From positions 53,617 through 117,616 of the forward strand of contig JBEIQS010000004.1 in the NCBI GenBank assembly GCA_040376425.1: DNA of 64,000 nt, written 5' to 3'. A model generated the notes under the pieces. The model had not been told where the DNA came from. It ran no database searches and saw only the letters and a program-made list of their open reading frames with translations. Origin of the DNA: Alphaproteobacteria bacterium (GTDB taxonomy: Bacteria > Myxococcota_A > UBA796 > SXON01). The position numbers were made by a program, and so were the translations under genes. Below are positions 17,825 through 27,104 of the stretch, in pieces. The first letter of the stretch is position 1, and every line of letters starts with the position of its first letter.

Positions 17825-18610
17825 TTAGGCGTCTTCGGAGAGGCTCCCGCCCAGCAGCTCGGCGAAGGCGGATTCTTTGTGGAAGAAGTGCCCGCCTGCC
17901 ACCATGTGGAACTGGAAGCTGCGGGAGGTGTGGGCCTTCCATGCGCGCAAATCGGCTTCGGTCACCGTCTGATCCTGCAGGCCGCCCGCCGCCGTAATGG
18001 GCAGGGGGAGGGGAGCCGCGGGAGGGGCGACAAAGGTCTCGAGCAGCTCCATATCCGCACGCAGGGCGGGCAGAAAGATACTGAGGAGGCCGGGATCCTG
18101 AAGGAGGACCTGGGGGATGGCGGCGTAGCGGTGCTGCATGGCGGCCAAGAACTCGGTCTCCGACAGGTGGTGGACCGGTGGAAAGGGGTCTGGACAGGCC
18201 GGCGCGCGGCGCGCGTTCACAAACAGGTGCTCGGGAAGAGGAAGGCCTGCTTTTTGGAGGCTGTGGCAGAGCGCATAGCCAACCCAGGCGCCCATCGAGT
18301 GCCCCAGGATGGCGTAGCGCCGACGCAGCAGCGGTTCCACGCCGGCCTGCAGCCCGGCCACCAGCGTCTCCATCCGGCGCAGTGGGGGCTCTCGCAGGCG
18401 GATGTCACGCCCTGGATAGATGGCAGTCGCCAGACCGATTTCAGGAGGTAGTTGCTGCTGAAGTACCCGAAAGTCGTTTGGACTTCCACCGGCATAGGGC
18501 AGCACCAGCACCTGCAGCGGTGCATCCGGACGCAAAAAGCGCAGCCAGGAGTTTCTATCCAGGGCAGTTGCTCCACAGGCCCAGACCCTCTTCTCGGGCG
18601 GCACGGGCAT
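17825..18610 (-). CDS. type II thioesterase (alpha/beta hydrolase)
   Basis: Inner part of ORF 17825..18877(-). PYAGGS, nucleophile elbow GHSMGAW and C-terminal GGHFF are all typical of GrsT/TEII-type thioesterases. The start is uncertain (ATG 18610 or GTG 18586). Confidence 0.7.
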   Translation of the reverse strand: MPVPPEKRVWACGATALDRNSWLRFLRPDAPLQVLVLPYAGGSPNDFRVLQQQLPPEIGLATAIYPGRDIRLREPPLRRMETLVAGLQAGVEPLLRRRYAILGHSMGAWVGYALCHSLQKAGLPLPEHLFVNARRAPACPDPFPPVHHLSETEFLAAMQHRYAAIPQVLLQDPGLLSIFLPALRADMELLETFVAPPAAPLPLPITAAGGLQDQTVTEADLRAWKAHTSRSFQFHMVAGGHFFHKESAFAELLGGSLSEDA

Positions 18611-19133
18611 CCGCCTCGATGTCGCCTGCGAAGGTGTCGTTATTGTCAAATGTGAATACCGTAGCATAGCCCTGCCGGACCAAATTCCGGTTCCAGAAGC
18701 CGACATCGGTGTTGTCCCGAAACACATAGGCCAGCGAGCGGTCGTAGGGGTCGATGCACTCGCCATCAAAGGTGAGCCAGACCAGCTTGCCCACCAGTCC
18801 CTTGCGGCTGTGCGCCCAGGCCTCGTTGGCCCAGCAGTCGGCCGGATCGCCGTCGTGGCTGATCTCTGGGGTATCAATACCGATCATTCGCACCTTGACG
18901 CTGCCGCCTCCATCGTCCCGCGAGGACCAGAAGGTGTCTCCATCCACGACATCCGTAACCCGGACAATAAAGGGTTGTTCGCAGGGATTTGGGCCCTGCG
19001 GCAGGTCGGTGAGAGCCCGCACACGGGCGTCGTCCACGGCTGGATCAGGGCCGGTGTCTTCGATCGGCACGGACTCCTTGACCACGGGTTTGCTTTCGGT
19101 GCCCCCCGAGCATGCGAGCAGGATCAGCAACAT
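18555..19133 (-). CDS. secreted thermonuclease (SNase-like) lipoprotein
   Basis: Start at MLLILLACSGG (lipobox). VVDGDTF, VRMIGIDTPE and YDRSLAYVF are staphylococcal-nuclease-fold motifs. Confidence 0.8.
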   Translation of the reverse strand: MLLILLACSGGTESKPVVKESVPIEDTGPDPAVDDARVRALTDLPQGPNPCEQPFIVRVTDVVDGDTFWSSRDDGGGSVKVRMIGIDTPEISHDGDPADCWANEAWAHSRKGLVGKLVWLTFDGECIDPYDRSLAYVFRDNTDVGFWNRNLVRQGYATVFTFDNNDTFAGDIEADARAAREEGLGLWSNCPG

Positions 19134-19182
19134 TGTGCCTCCTCCTGCAATGTAGCTGATCTGGGGAGCACTTTGGGCTACC

Positions 19183-21063
19183 TTGAGGGCAATGTGCTGG
19201 CTCTGGTGGATCGACCGATCGTTTGCAGCGGAGGACACCGCCGCAGAGGTCGTTGTGGAGCCCCGGGTAGAGGAGGAGGAAGAACCCAGCTCTTCGGGAA
19301 TTGTGGGCAGCTATCGCCTGCCGCCCGCCGATGCCAACCACCACAGCATCACGGTGGACGAAGCCAAGGTTCTTCCGGGGACTCTGGGAGATCCCTTGCG
19401 GGCACTGCTGAACCTGCCCAGCCTGAGCCGGGCGCCCCTGGAGGCCGGCTGGCTGTTGGTGCGCGGGGGTAATGCGCGAGATTCGGCGTTTTTCCTGGAT
19501 GGAATGGATGTTCCCCGCCTCCAACACCTGGGGGGCCTCACCACCACCATCCACCCCGCCTGGATACAGCGGGTGGACTTCTGGCCGGGCACGCCGCCGC
19601 CCCGCTACGGCGACGTGACGGCAGGCACGGTAGAGCTGAGTACGCTGGACAGCCTGCAAAGACCAAGGGTACAGGCAGGCGCAAACCTGGCCTTGGCCGG
19701 TGCCTTTTTCACCGCTCCCTTGGGCCGACGTGTTTCGGTGGGGGGCGCAATACGACGCTCCTATCTGGACTCGGTGGTGGGTCTGGTGGCAAATGCCGAG
19801 GCTTTCCCCTCGTTCATGGACAGCCAGATAGCGCTGGGATTCGACCAAAGCCGTATTTTTGCTATGGGAACCTGGGATCGCCTGCGCGGCTCTTACACAA
19901 ATGGAGACATTCTGGAGCTGCGGATGCGCAGCCTGCGCGTGCAGGGACGGGTGCCGACGGGCCGGCTGCTCGGGCGCCCGACGGAGCTGCTGGTCTGGGG
20001 GGGCGAGGACCGGGAGACGGTGGAGAACCTCGTGGTGACCGACGAGGCGCAATATCGGCGCGCCGGGGGCGGGCTGCGTTGGGAGCGGCCGGAGGGCCGG
20101 GGAGGGGGATGGGACTGGACGGCCGGTGTGGACGGCAAGGTGGAGCAACACGCGGTGCGCTCCAACGGTCTGGCCCGCGCCCTGTGGATCGGTACCCCCG
20201 GAGTGTATGGAGGACTACGTTTTGGACGGCTTTCCCAGGTGCGGCTGGGGCTTCGTGCCGAGGCGGCCTGGGTGCAGAGCCAGCTTCCCCGCTGGGGGCT
20301 CTCGCCCCGGCTGAGTGGGCAGGTGCCGCTGGGAGCGGGCCTGACATGGGTGGCCGACGCATCGTTCCTGGAGCAGCTTCCACCTGAGGATTTACTGGTG
20401 TTTCGACCGGATGCTGAGGTGTTCGGGTTGGAGCAGGTGGTAGGTGCAAGCAGCGGCTTGCGGTGGAGACAGGAGGCCTTTTCGGTCGAGTTGGACATCT
20501 ATGGCAAGTGGATGCCGCGGGTGAGCCTGTATGAGGCCGATGGGAGCTTGGGGCAGGGACAGGGGCGGGCGGCCGGGGTGGAGTTTTCAGCCAACTACGA
20601 GGGGGAACGCCTGGAGCTGAACCTTGCGTGCAGCTATGGGCGCAACCAGCGCCGGGAGGAGCCGGAGGAGGAGTGGCGGGCGGCCCATGTGGAGCAGCCG
20701 CTGGCTACTACGCTGATTGCAACATGGCATATCCGCCCGAAGCTGCATCTATCCGGCCGCTTTCGCTATGCCGATGCGCTGCCCACCCCCACCGGCGGGA
20801 TGGCGGTGGCCGATCTCTTGACGGGTCAACTGCAAACCTGGGCGGAGAATGAAAAACTGCCCGCCTTTTCCAGCATAGACCTGAAAATATCAACGGATAT
20901 TCCAGTCCGCAGATTCGATCTGGCCCTGTACCTGGATGTGCAGAACCTTGGCAACCACCGGATTCCCGAGCCCGTCATCTCGTCGCTTTCGGACACCTCC
21001 TCCACCTGGGTGGTGGGGTTGCCGATCCTGCCTATCTTCGGGATAGAGGGGAGCTGGCGGTAG
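19183..21063 (+). CDS. TonB-dependent-receptor-like outer-membrane protein (plug plus barrel)
   Basis: ORF 626 aa. Plug-like segment GTLGDPLRALLNLPSLSR...LLVRGGNARDSAFFLDGMDVP...YGDVTAGTVELST, followed by a long beta-strand-rich region. Confidence 0.6.
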   Translation: MRAMCWLWWIDRSFAAEDTAAEVVVEPRVEEEEEPSSSGIVGSYRLPPADANHHSITVDEAKVLPGTLGDPLRALLNLPSLSRAPLEAGWLLVRGGNARDSAFFLDGMDVPRLQHLGGLTTTIHPAWIQRVDFWPGTPPPRYGDVTAGTVELSTLDSLQRPRVQAGANLALAGAFFTAPLGRRVSVGGAIRRSYLDSVVGLVANAEAFPSFMDSQIALGFDQSRIFAMGTWDRLRGSYTNGDILELRMRSLRVQGRVPTGRLLGRPTELLVWGGEDRETVENLVVTDEAQYRRAGGGLRWERPEGRGGGWDWTAGVDGKVEQHAVRSNGLARALWIGTPGVYGGLRFGRLSQVRLGLRAEAAWVQSQLPRWGLSPRLSGQVPLGAGLTWVADASFLEQLPPEDLLVFRPDAEVFGLEQVVGASSGLRWRQEAFSVELDIYGKWMPRVSLYEADGSLGQGQGRAAGVEFSANYEGERLELNLACSYGRNQRREEPEEEWRAAHVEQPLATTLIATWHIRPKLHLSGRFRYADALPTPTGGMAVADLLTGQLQTWAENEKLPAFSSIDLKISTDIPVRRFDLALYLDVQNLGNHRIPEPVISSLSDTSSTWVVGLPILPIFGIEGSWR

Positions 21064-22425
21064 TCACTTCGGAATCAGCGACAGGATGTCCCCGCGCAGG
21101 GTGAGCTGAGGGCTCTTGTCGCCGATCACCGGCACGGTGAGCCCGATGCCCAGCGCCGCACCCTGAGTCACCGGCACCTTGGTGCCAATCAGAATCGCCA
21201 GGTAGTTCGCCCCATACAATGACAGTGCGTCGGGACTGCCTTGCGCGTAGCGGCCCTCGGCTCCGATGCTGAAGTCCATCCGCTGTGGCCCCACGGTGGC
21301 GTGCGAGGACAGGGCCAGGCCCCCGTCCACCGCCCACAAGGGCTCCTTCTGCTCCCAGCCATAGCGATACCAAACGCCCAGCCGCCCGCTCATGCCCACC
21401 CGCTCGGTGCCGGTGCCGCCGGCCAGGCCCGCCATCAGGCTGGTGCTCCGCTCGCCGCCGGAAAAGCTGGGATCGCCAAAGTCGGCCCGTACATCCAGGC
21501 CAAAGGTGGTGAGGTCCTTTTTGTTCACCAGCGCACCGCTGCGCTTCCACTCGGCCTTACTTTCCTCCAGAAAGGCGCTCAAGGTCGGGACTTTTTCAGT
21601 ACAGGCCAAGGAAATCTGGCGGTCATTGTCCGCCTCGATTGCGGTCGCGCAGGCTTCCACATCCCGCCCCGCAGCCTCGGTGGCCAGGAGGCTGCGAGTT
21701 ACATCCTCGATAAAGGCAGCACCGCCCTTTAGAAATTCGCCGTAGCTCGCTTTGGCGGCCATCAGGGCCACGTCCCCCGCACCGGGTCCCAACAGGTTCA
21801 TCCGGGTGCGAATGCCCACATAGTCCGCCACCGCCCAGTCCACATTCTGGCTGGTCGGGTCCATGGGCACCAGCACGGTCACGTCCCAGAAGCGGGTCCA
21901 CCGCGCAAAGGCCGCGGTGTCGCCCACGCTGCCCACGGCGAGGGGATTGAAGGACAGCGAGGCCAGCACCCGTGGCCCCGCCGGGGTCCCTGCCAGCCCC
22001 AGCGATACCGCGCTGGTCGATGCGGGAGCAGAGGTGGGTGCCGCACCGACCTGCCCTGGACCGCCGGTAGCGCCGCTGGTGGGGGCCAGCGGATTGATCA
22101 CCATCGCGGCACCCGGGTCCGGGTTGGCCGTCAGGTTCCGCAGCCGGTCGTAGATGTCGAAGGCCAGAAAGTCACACCAGGTCTGACCGCTCCCCGGGGT
22201 GAAGCCCAAGTCGGGCTGCCGTTTGGCCATGACGACCTCGCAGCGTTGGGCGGTGCCCGCCGCGGCAGGGGTAGGGCTGACGGAGGTCCCACCCGCTGCG
22301 GCAGGCGGAGTCCCGGCGTTGGTGGCCGATCCAGGTCCAGCCACAGAAGACGGCACGCCGCCTCCGCCTCCACCCACCCCTGCGGGAGGAGTCTGGGCAA
22401 AAGCCAGCGACAAAAGCAGGATCAT
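21064..22425 (-). CDS. hypothetical secreted protein (Gly/Pro/Ala-rich N-region, beta-rich C-region)
   Basis: ORF 21064..22437(-). ATG at 22425 gives an ATGA overlap with the upstream small gene and the signal peptide MILLLSLAFAQ. No recognisable domain. Confidence 0.4.
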   Translation of the reverse strand: MILLLSLAFAQTPPAGVGGGGGGVPSSVAGPGSATNAGTPPAAAGGTSVSPTPAAAGTAQRCEVVMAKRQPDLGFTPGSGQTWCDFLAFDIYDRLRNLTANPDPGAAMVINPLAPTSGATGGPGQVGAAPTSAPASTSAVSLGLAGTPAGPRVLASLSFNPLAVGSVGDTAAFARWTRFWDVTVLVPMDPTSQNVDWAVADYVGIRTRMNLLGPGAGDVALMAAKASYGEFLKGGAAFIEDVTRSLLATEAAGRDVEACATAIEADNDRQISLACTEKVPTLSAFLEESKAEWKRSGALVNKKDLTTFGLDVRADFGDPSFSGGERSTSLMAGLAGGTGTERVGMSGRLGVWYRYGWEQKEPLWAVDGGLALSSHATVGPQRMDFSIGAEGRYAQGSPDALSLYGANYLAILIGTKVPVTQGAALGIGLTVPVIGDKSPQLTLRGDILSLIPK

Positions 22426-22748
22426 CCGGTTACCCAAAGGGTGTACACGCAGTCCTGCGCCACCTGCACCACCTTTTGCGTGGGAGTCCCCACCACTGTC
22501 AGGCTGCCCGAACCACCCCCATCAGGCACATCCACCGCCACCTCCAACACTTTGGCGGATGCGGGCACGGTGCCGCGAAATTTCGTGGCTCCACCCCGCG
22601 CAACCAACTGATAGCCCAGCACCGGACCACCCACAAAACCCGCCCGCAGGCCGACCGGACCGGCGTTGGCGGGCGAGGCATCAAAGGAGATCTCCACAGT
22701 CGTGTTTGCGTTCAGCGTCCCGAGTACAGGCATGACTTCCGCTCCCAC
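22422..22748 (-). CDS. hypothetical small beta-sandwich-like protein
   Basis: ORF 108 aa, co-oriented and tightly packed between the CotH gene (10 nt upstream) and the next secreted protein. No known motif. Confidence 0.35.
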   Translation of the reverse strand: MGAEVMPVLGTLNANTTVEISFDASPANAGPVGLRAGFVGGPVLGYQLVARGGATKFRGTVPASAKVLEVAVDVPDGGGSGSLTVVGTPTQKVVQVAQDCVYTLWVTG

Positions 22749-22757
22749 GTTTTTGTA

Positions 22758-24743
22758 TCACGGCTGCTGGTAGGTGGCCTCCACCAAGGCGCTCCATTCT
22801 CCCGCCTGCCAGCTCCGCATCTTAAGGGTGAAGTCCCCCGGAGAGGGCAGGCTGCCCGCCGCCACCTGTGCCGTAGCAGAGCGTGCACCGCCCGGAAGCC
22901 GGGGGTCGCTGCCATCCGTCGTGTAGTACACGGTGCTTGGACCACTTAAAACGATGGGGCTTCCTGCGGCCAACTCTCCGCCGGCCGGGCTTGCCACCGG
23001 CGCGGCCAGGGCCGGGTACAGGTCGTTGGCGATGAAGTCCTGGAGTACAAAGTCTGCCCGGCTTTCAAAGAAGCGGTCTTTGATGCGGGTGACTTCGGCC
23101 TGCCACTCGGTCATGCCGTACAGGATGGCGTCGGGATCCTGGCGTTCGTCGCGCCAGTGATCGCCCCAGCGGGCAGACTCACCGAGAAGCCCAGGTTCAA
23201 CCCGATCTGTGGCCCAGGTCCAGGTCTGCTGAAGGGCCGCCGTGGAGAGCACGCCGTCCACCATGTGCCGCTGCACCCGGTCGCCAAAAAGCACCCGAAA
23301 TTCTTCGTTTTGGCGCAGGGCTTGGAAGAAGGAACCCGGCGAGTCCGGATAGGTCCAGTCCACGAGGCTGCGGTCGCCGTCCGAAATGATCAGCTCGTTA
23401 TCCCAGGGGATAAAGAACCATTTTCCGCTCACCTCCCGATTTCGTGCCACATACCAGTTGCGATCCGGCCAGTCCACGTTCTCCAGCAGGAGCTGCAGCA
23501 GGATGTAGTCGGCGAACATCTCCAGGTCCAGATCATCGGCGAGATCCGCATAGGCCAGATCTCCGCTCAGATCGCCGTCCATTTGCTGGAGCAGCTCCTC
23601 CCAGGCGGCGATCTCCCCGTCCACAAGCTGCCCGGCATTCAGCACGTCCCAGTCCTCACGGGCCCCCCCGTAGTGGTCGGCCAGGAAGGCGTCGGTGGGG
23701 CGCTCCTCCACCTGAAAGAGACCCCAATAGAGCCCGTCGAGCAGAAGTTGCACAGGGCGAACCTCTGGCGCGACATAGCCCATTTGATCGTAGAGTTTGT
23801 TGGCGAAGGCTTCGCGGGCGTAGGTGGCGCGCAGCCGTCCGCTGTCGGTCCACTCCGCCCAGGTCCGGTTGTAGCCCCCTTTCAGCACCAGGACATCGTA
23901 GCCGCCGGCACCGCCCTCCTCAAACACTTCCTGATCGAGTCGATTGGCTCCATACTCCCGCCGGAAGTGTGCCCGAAATGACTTTTTCGTGCTCTTGGCA
24001 CCCTGGCGGCTGCTGCCGCCCTGAATACGCAGTCCGCAGGGGCTCCCCCAGCTCTGGTCGCTGTCCAACCACTCAATAGAGGCGGCCCGCTCCCAGTTGA
24101 TCCCGTGCATCGTCGCATTTTCATAGATCCCGTCGTCCGGATCGAAGAGATCTTCTGGCGGGATCACCACCGATACGATGGGAAAGTCGCCAAAGACCGC
24201 GGTGGCTGCGCCCCATTCCGCCGTCCCGGTGACCTCGGGATCCATCGCATAGTCCGCGGGAAAGGGCCCCCCCTCGTCGTCCGCCCACCATTGCTGCGGC
24301 CAATCGGCTGGCTGCTGTTGGATTGGCACATCGGCCGGGAAAAAATAGCTGTGGGTTTGCGCGGGAAGGGCGTCCTGACCAGCCAGCCGCACGCCCATCC
24401 GCAACACCGTGGTGGTGGTGATCAGCAGGGGGCCGGTATAGGGAATCCCGAAGCCCTGGAGTGGATCGCGGCCATCCACCGTATAAAAAATCTCGCCGTC
24501 GACAAAGGGGGAGGAAAGGGTGACCGTTACCGGTTGGCTGTAGATCCCCCTGGGAGGGTCCACAAGTAAGGGGATATCCGGGGTATCCTCCTCACGGGCA
24601 TCGCCAGGCGGAATTGTTTCCACCTCTGCATCCGGAGGATTGACGGGATCGATGACTTCCGTTGTGGAGTCCTCGGCCAGAAAGCCGGTGGAGGAGTCCC
24701 AGGGGGGCTGGCTGGGGCCACATGCAAACATCAGGACGAACAT
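22758..24743 (-). CDS. CotH kinase-family protein (lipoprotein, with Fn3-associated/chitobiase-C-like end domains)
   Basis: Inner part of ORF 22758..25190(-), starting at MFVLMFACGPS. LRIQGGSSRQGAKSTKKSFRAHFRREYG, VLVLKGGYNRTW, NWYVARNREVSGKWFFIPWDNE and ILLQLLLENVDWPDRN are CotH hallmarks. GEIFYTVDGRDP and VYYTTDGSDP flank the core. Confidence 0.8.
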   Translation of the reverse strand: MFVLMFACGPSQPPWDSSTGFLAEDSTTEVIDPVNPPDAEVETIPPGDAREEDTPDIPLLVDPPRGIYSQPVTVTLSSPFVDGEIFYTVDGRDPLQGFGIPYTGPLLITTTTVLRMGVRLAGQDALPAQTHSYFFPADVPIQQQPADWPQQWWADDEGGPFPADYAMDPEVTGTAEWGAATAVFGDFPIVSVVIPPEDLFDPDDGIYENATMHGINWERAASIEWLDSDQSWGSPCGLRIQGGSSRQGAKSTKKSFRAHFRREYGANRLDQEVFEEGGAGGYDVLVLKGGYNRTWAEWTDSGRLRATYAREAFANKLYDQMGYVAPEVRPVQLLLDGLYWGLFQVEERPTDAFLADHYGGAREDWDVLNAGQLVDGEIAAWEELLQQMDGDLSGDLAYADLADDLDLEMFADYILLQLLLENVDWPDRNWYVARNREVSGKWFFIPWDNELIISDGDRSLVDWTYPDSPGSFFQALRQNEEFRVLFGDRVQRHMVDGVLSTAALQQTWTWATDRVEPGLLGESARWGDHWRDERQDPDAILYGMTEWQAEVTRIKDRFFESRADFVLQDFIANDLYPALAAPVASPAGGELAAGSPIVLSGPSTVYYTTDGSDPRLPGGARSATAQVAAGSLPSPGDFTLKMRSWQAGEWSALVEATYQQP

Positions 24744-24767
24744 TAGGCTATACTTACACGGCTTCCG

Positions 24768-25376
24768 GTGCTTCGGAAGGGAGGTGTGTTGCGCGGGCTC
24801 TTTTTTCTCGGTCTGGTTGGGGGTGCAGGCTGTACCGGCGAGGTGCCGGATCGCTGTAATTGTGGGAACAACGGCAACAAACCGGATGTCGACGACAGCG
24901 GGGCCGGGTCGGACAGCGATAGCGGCGCGGATTCGGAGGCGCCTCCCGAGCCGAAGCTCTCCATCAATGAATTGATGGCGGACAACGAGACGGCCTACAC
25001 GCCCGACGGTCAGAACTGGCCAGACTGGATCGAGCTGTACAATGCCGGGCCAGGGGCCGTAGACCTGACGGGCTGGGGCATCATCGACGGCGAGGACGAC
25101 CCGCCCTATGTGCTTCCCGCTGGGTTGACCATCGCGGAAGGGGTCTTCCTCCTGCTCTATGCCGATGGCTCCACCGATGGGGGCGTCCACCTGCCCTTCT
25201 CCCTACGCAGCACCGGCGAGCAGCTACTGCTGTTCAACCCCTCCGGCCGGCGGGTGGACTGGGTCGATTTTGGCGATCAGCTCCAGGACATCTCCGCCTC
25301 CCGTGCGGTGGATGGCTCGGACAAGGATGGCTGGCTCTACGTGCCGGGTGGTACGCCGGGCCGCAGCAACCAGTAG
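24768..25376 (+). CDS. lamin-tail-domain (LTD) lipoprotein
   Basis: ORF 202 aa with lipobox LVGGAGC. LSINELMADNE...DWIELYNAG..AVDLTGWGI.D...LLL...G is the LTD pattern. Divergent from the CotH gene. Confidence 0.7.
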   Translation: MLRKGGVLRGLFFLGLVGGAGCTGEVPDRCNCGNNGNKPDVDDSGAGSDSDSGADSEAPPEPKLSINELMADNETAYTPDGQNWPDWIELYNAGPGAVDLTGWGIIDGEDDPPYVLPAGLTIAEGVFLLLYADGSTDGGVHLPFSLRSTGEQLLLFNPSGRRVDWVDFGDQLQDISASRAVDGSDKDGWLYVPGGTPGRSNQ

Positions 25377-25422
25377 TCAAAAGTGGGCTGCCAAGGGTGC
25401 CCGGGCGCGCTAAGAGCCGCCG

Positions 25423-27039
25423 ATGATCATCCTGGGGATTGCAGACGGAGCCGACGCCAGCGCGGCGTTGATGGTGAACAACGAGCTGGTCGCCGCAGTG
25501 ACCGAAGAGGCGGCACGTCGTGTGCGGGGTGCCTGGGGTTTCCCCTCGGCCGCTGTGGACGCGGTGTTGGACATCGCCGGAATCCGCCCACGGGATGTGG
25601 ATAGGGTTGTTTTCGCCGGGGTATTTACTCCGGCTGCGGTGTTGCGTGCGCGTCCGGGCTTACGACGCGATCCCGCGCCGGGGGAGTGGGCACGCGGCGT
25701 GCAGTCCGTGCTGAGAAAGACCGGTCTGTACATGGTGGATGGCGGTGCCGCACGGGGCGTGCTGGAAAAGCGACTTCGGGCCCAGGGTTTTGAGGCCGCC
25801 TTTGTGGACACCATCGAGCACGACCGCGCCCACTCCACGGCCGCCTATCGCACCCAGCCCCGCGAGGAATTGCTGCTGTGTACCTTGGATAGTCCCGGAG
25901 ACGGCGCCTGCCTTTCGGTGAGTGTGGCCAAACACCTGCAGATCGATACCGTCCATGTGCAGACGGCCTTGGCCTCGGCCGCGACATTCCCTGCCCGAAT
26001 CGCCAAAATCCTGAACATCGCCGAGGCGGAGCTGGAGGAGGTGGCCGCGGGCGAGCCGAGTCCTGAGCTGCTGAGCCGCCTGCGGTCCGAGCTGCACTAC
26101 GAGGGGCCGGGCTTCAACCGATTGCCCTTGCGACGGGGACCCGACCCCTTGGCCGCCTTTGCTGCCGAAGGGCCACTGCTTGCAGAGGCTGCCCTGCGGG
26201 TGATGAGCGAAGCCTTCCGCGCCTGTGTGGCCGACCAAATCCGGCGCGTGGGCATCGCCCATGTCGGCGTGGCGGGCTCACTGTGGTCGCCGCGCCTGCT
26301 CGGCGAGCTTTCGGAAATCCCCGAGCTGCAAAGTCTGTGGGTGCCGCCGCTGCCCGGCGACGCGGGGCTGTCGATCGGGGCGGTGCTGGCCACCGCCGGT
26401 ACGGTGACCCAACGGCTTCGGGATCCCTGCTTGGGCCCGCGCTATTCGGAGGATGCCTGCTACCGCGCCCTGTCCAATGCGTCGCTGCCCCGCGAGGCGG
26501 TGGCCGATCCAGAGGAGGAGGCGGCGCTGCTCCTGGCCGACGGCAAGACGGTCGCGCGCTTTGCCGATCCTCTGGAGTTTTCGGCGCGGGGCCTGGGTAA
26601 TCGAGATGTTTTGTGCAGCACGGCGGAGGGGGCGAAGCGTCTGGGCGAGCTGCTGCGGCTGCCCGGCCCCGCCGCGGTGGGCATTGCGCTGCGGGTCGAA
26701 CATGCCGAGGCCGCCTTTCCCGACATCCGAAAAGTCGCGAACAGCGCGCGATTTCAGAGCATCGCGCTACGGCCGTCGGCCGCCTTTGCCGCGGCCCATC
26801 CAGGCGCGGTCCGAAGCGACGGGCGTATGCTGCCCCAGATCGTGCATGAGCAGGATGATCCCAGTTTCTACCGCCTCCTGGCTGCCTATGAGCGCCGCAG
26901 TGGGCGGCAGGCGATTGCGCAGGCCAACCTCGCACGACCGGGCCTGCCGGTGGCTGCCAGCCCCGCCGACGCCGTAGGCGCATGGCGCGACTCGCGTGCG
27001 GATGCACTTTTCTTGGGGCCCTACCGCGTCCTGCGCTGA
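25423..27039 (+). CDS. carbamoyltransferase (NodU/CmcH)-family-like protein, divergent N-terminal motifs
   Basis: ORF 538 aa. The N-terminus MIILGIADGADASAALMVNNELVAAVTEE aligns by eye to the family pattern ILG....HDSAAAL..G.iv.A..EER, but the His is replaced. Confidence 0.6.
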   Translation: MIILGIADGADASAALMVNNELVAAVTEEAARRVRGAWGFPSAAVDAVLDIAGIRPRDVDRVVFAGVFTPAAVLRARPGLRRDPAPGEWARGVQSVLRKTGLYMVDGGAARGVLEKRLRAQGFEAAFVDTIEHDRAHSTAAYRTQPREELLLCTLDSPGDGACLSVSVAKHLQIDTVHVQTALASAATFPARIAKILNIAEAELEEVAAGEPSPELLSRLRSELHYEGPGFNRLPLRRGPDPLAAFAAEGPLLAEAALRVMSEAFRACVADQIRRVGIAHVGVAGSLWSPRLLGELSEIPELQSLWVPPLPGDAGLSIGAVLATAGTVTQRLRDPCLGPRYSEDACYRALSNASLPREAVADPEEEAALLLADGKTVARFADPLEFSARGLGNRDVLCSTAEGAKRLGELLRLPGPAAVGIALRVEHAEAAFPDIRKVANSARFQSIALRPSAAFAAAHPGAVRSDGRMLPQIVHEQDDPSFYRLLAAYERRSGRQAIAQANLARPGLPVAASPADAVGAWRDSRADALFLGPYRVLR

Positions 27040-27104
27040 ATGAGGATTCATTCAGTAGAGATGGAGGGATGAGGCCGATATGTGCGAGAGAATAGTCCCC
27101 GCTG

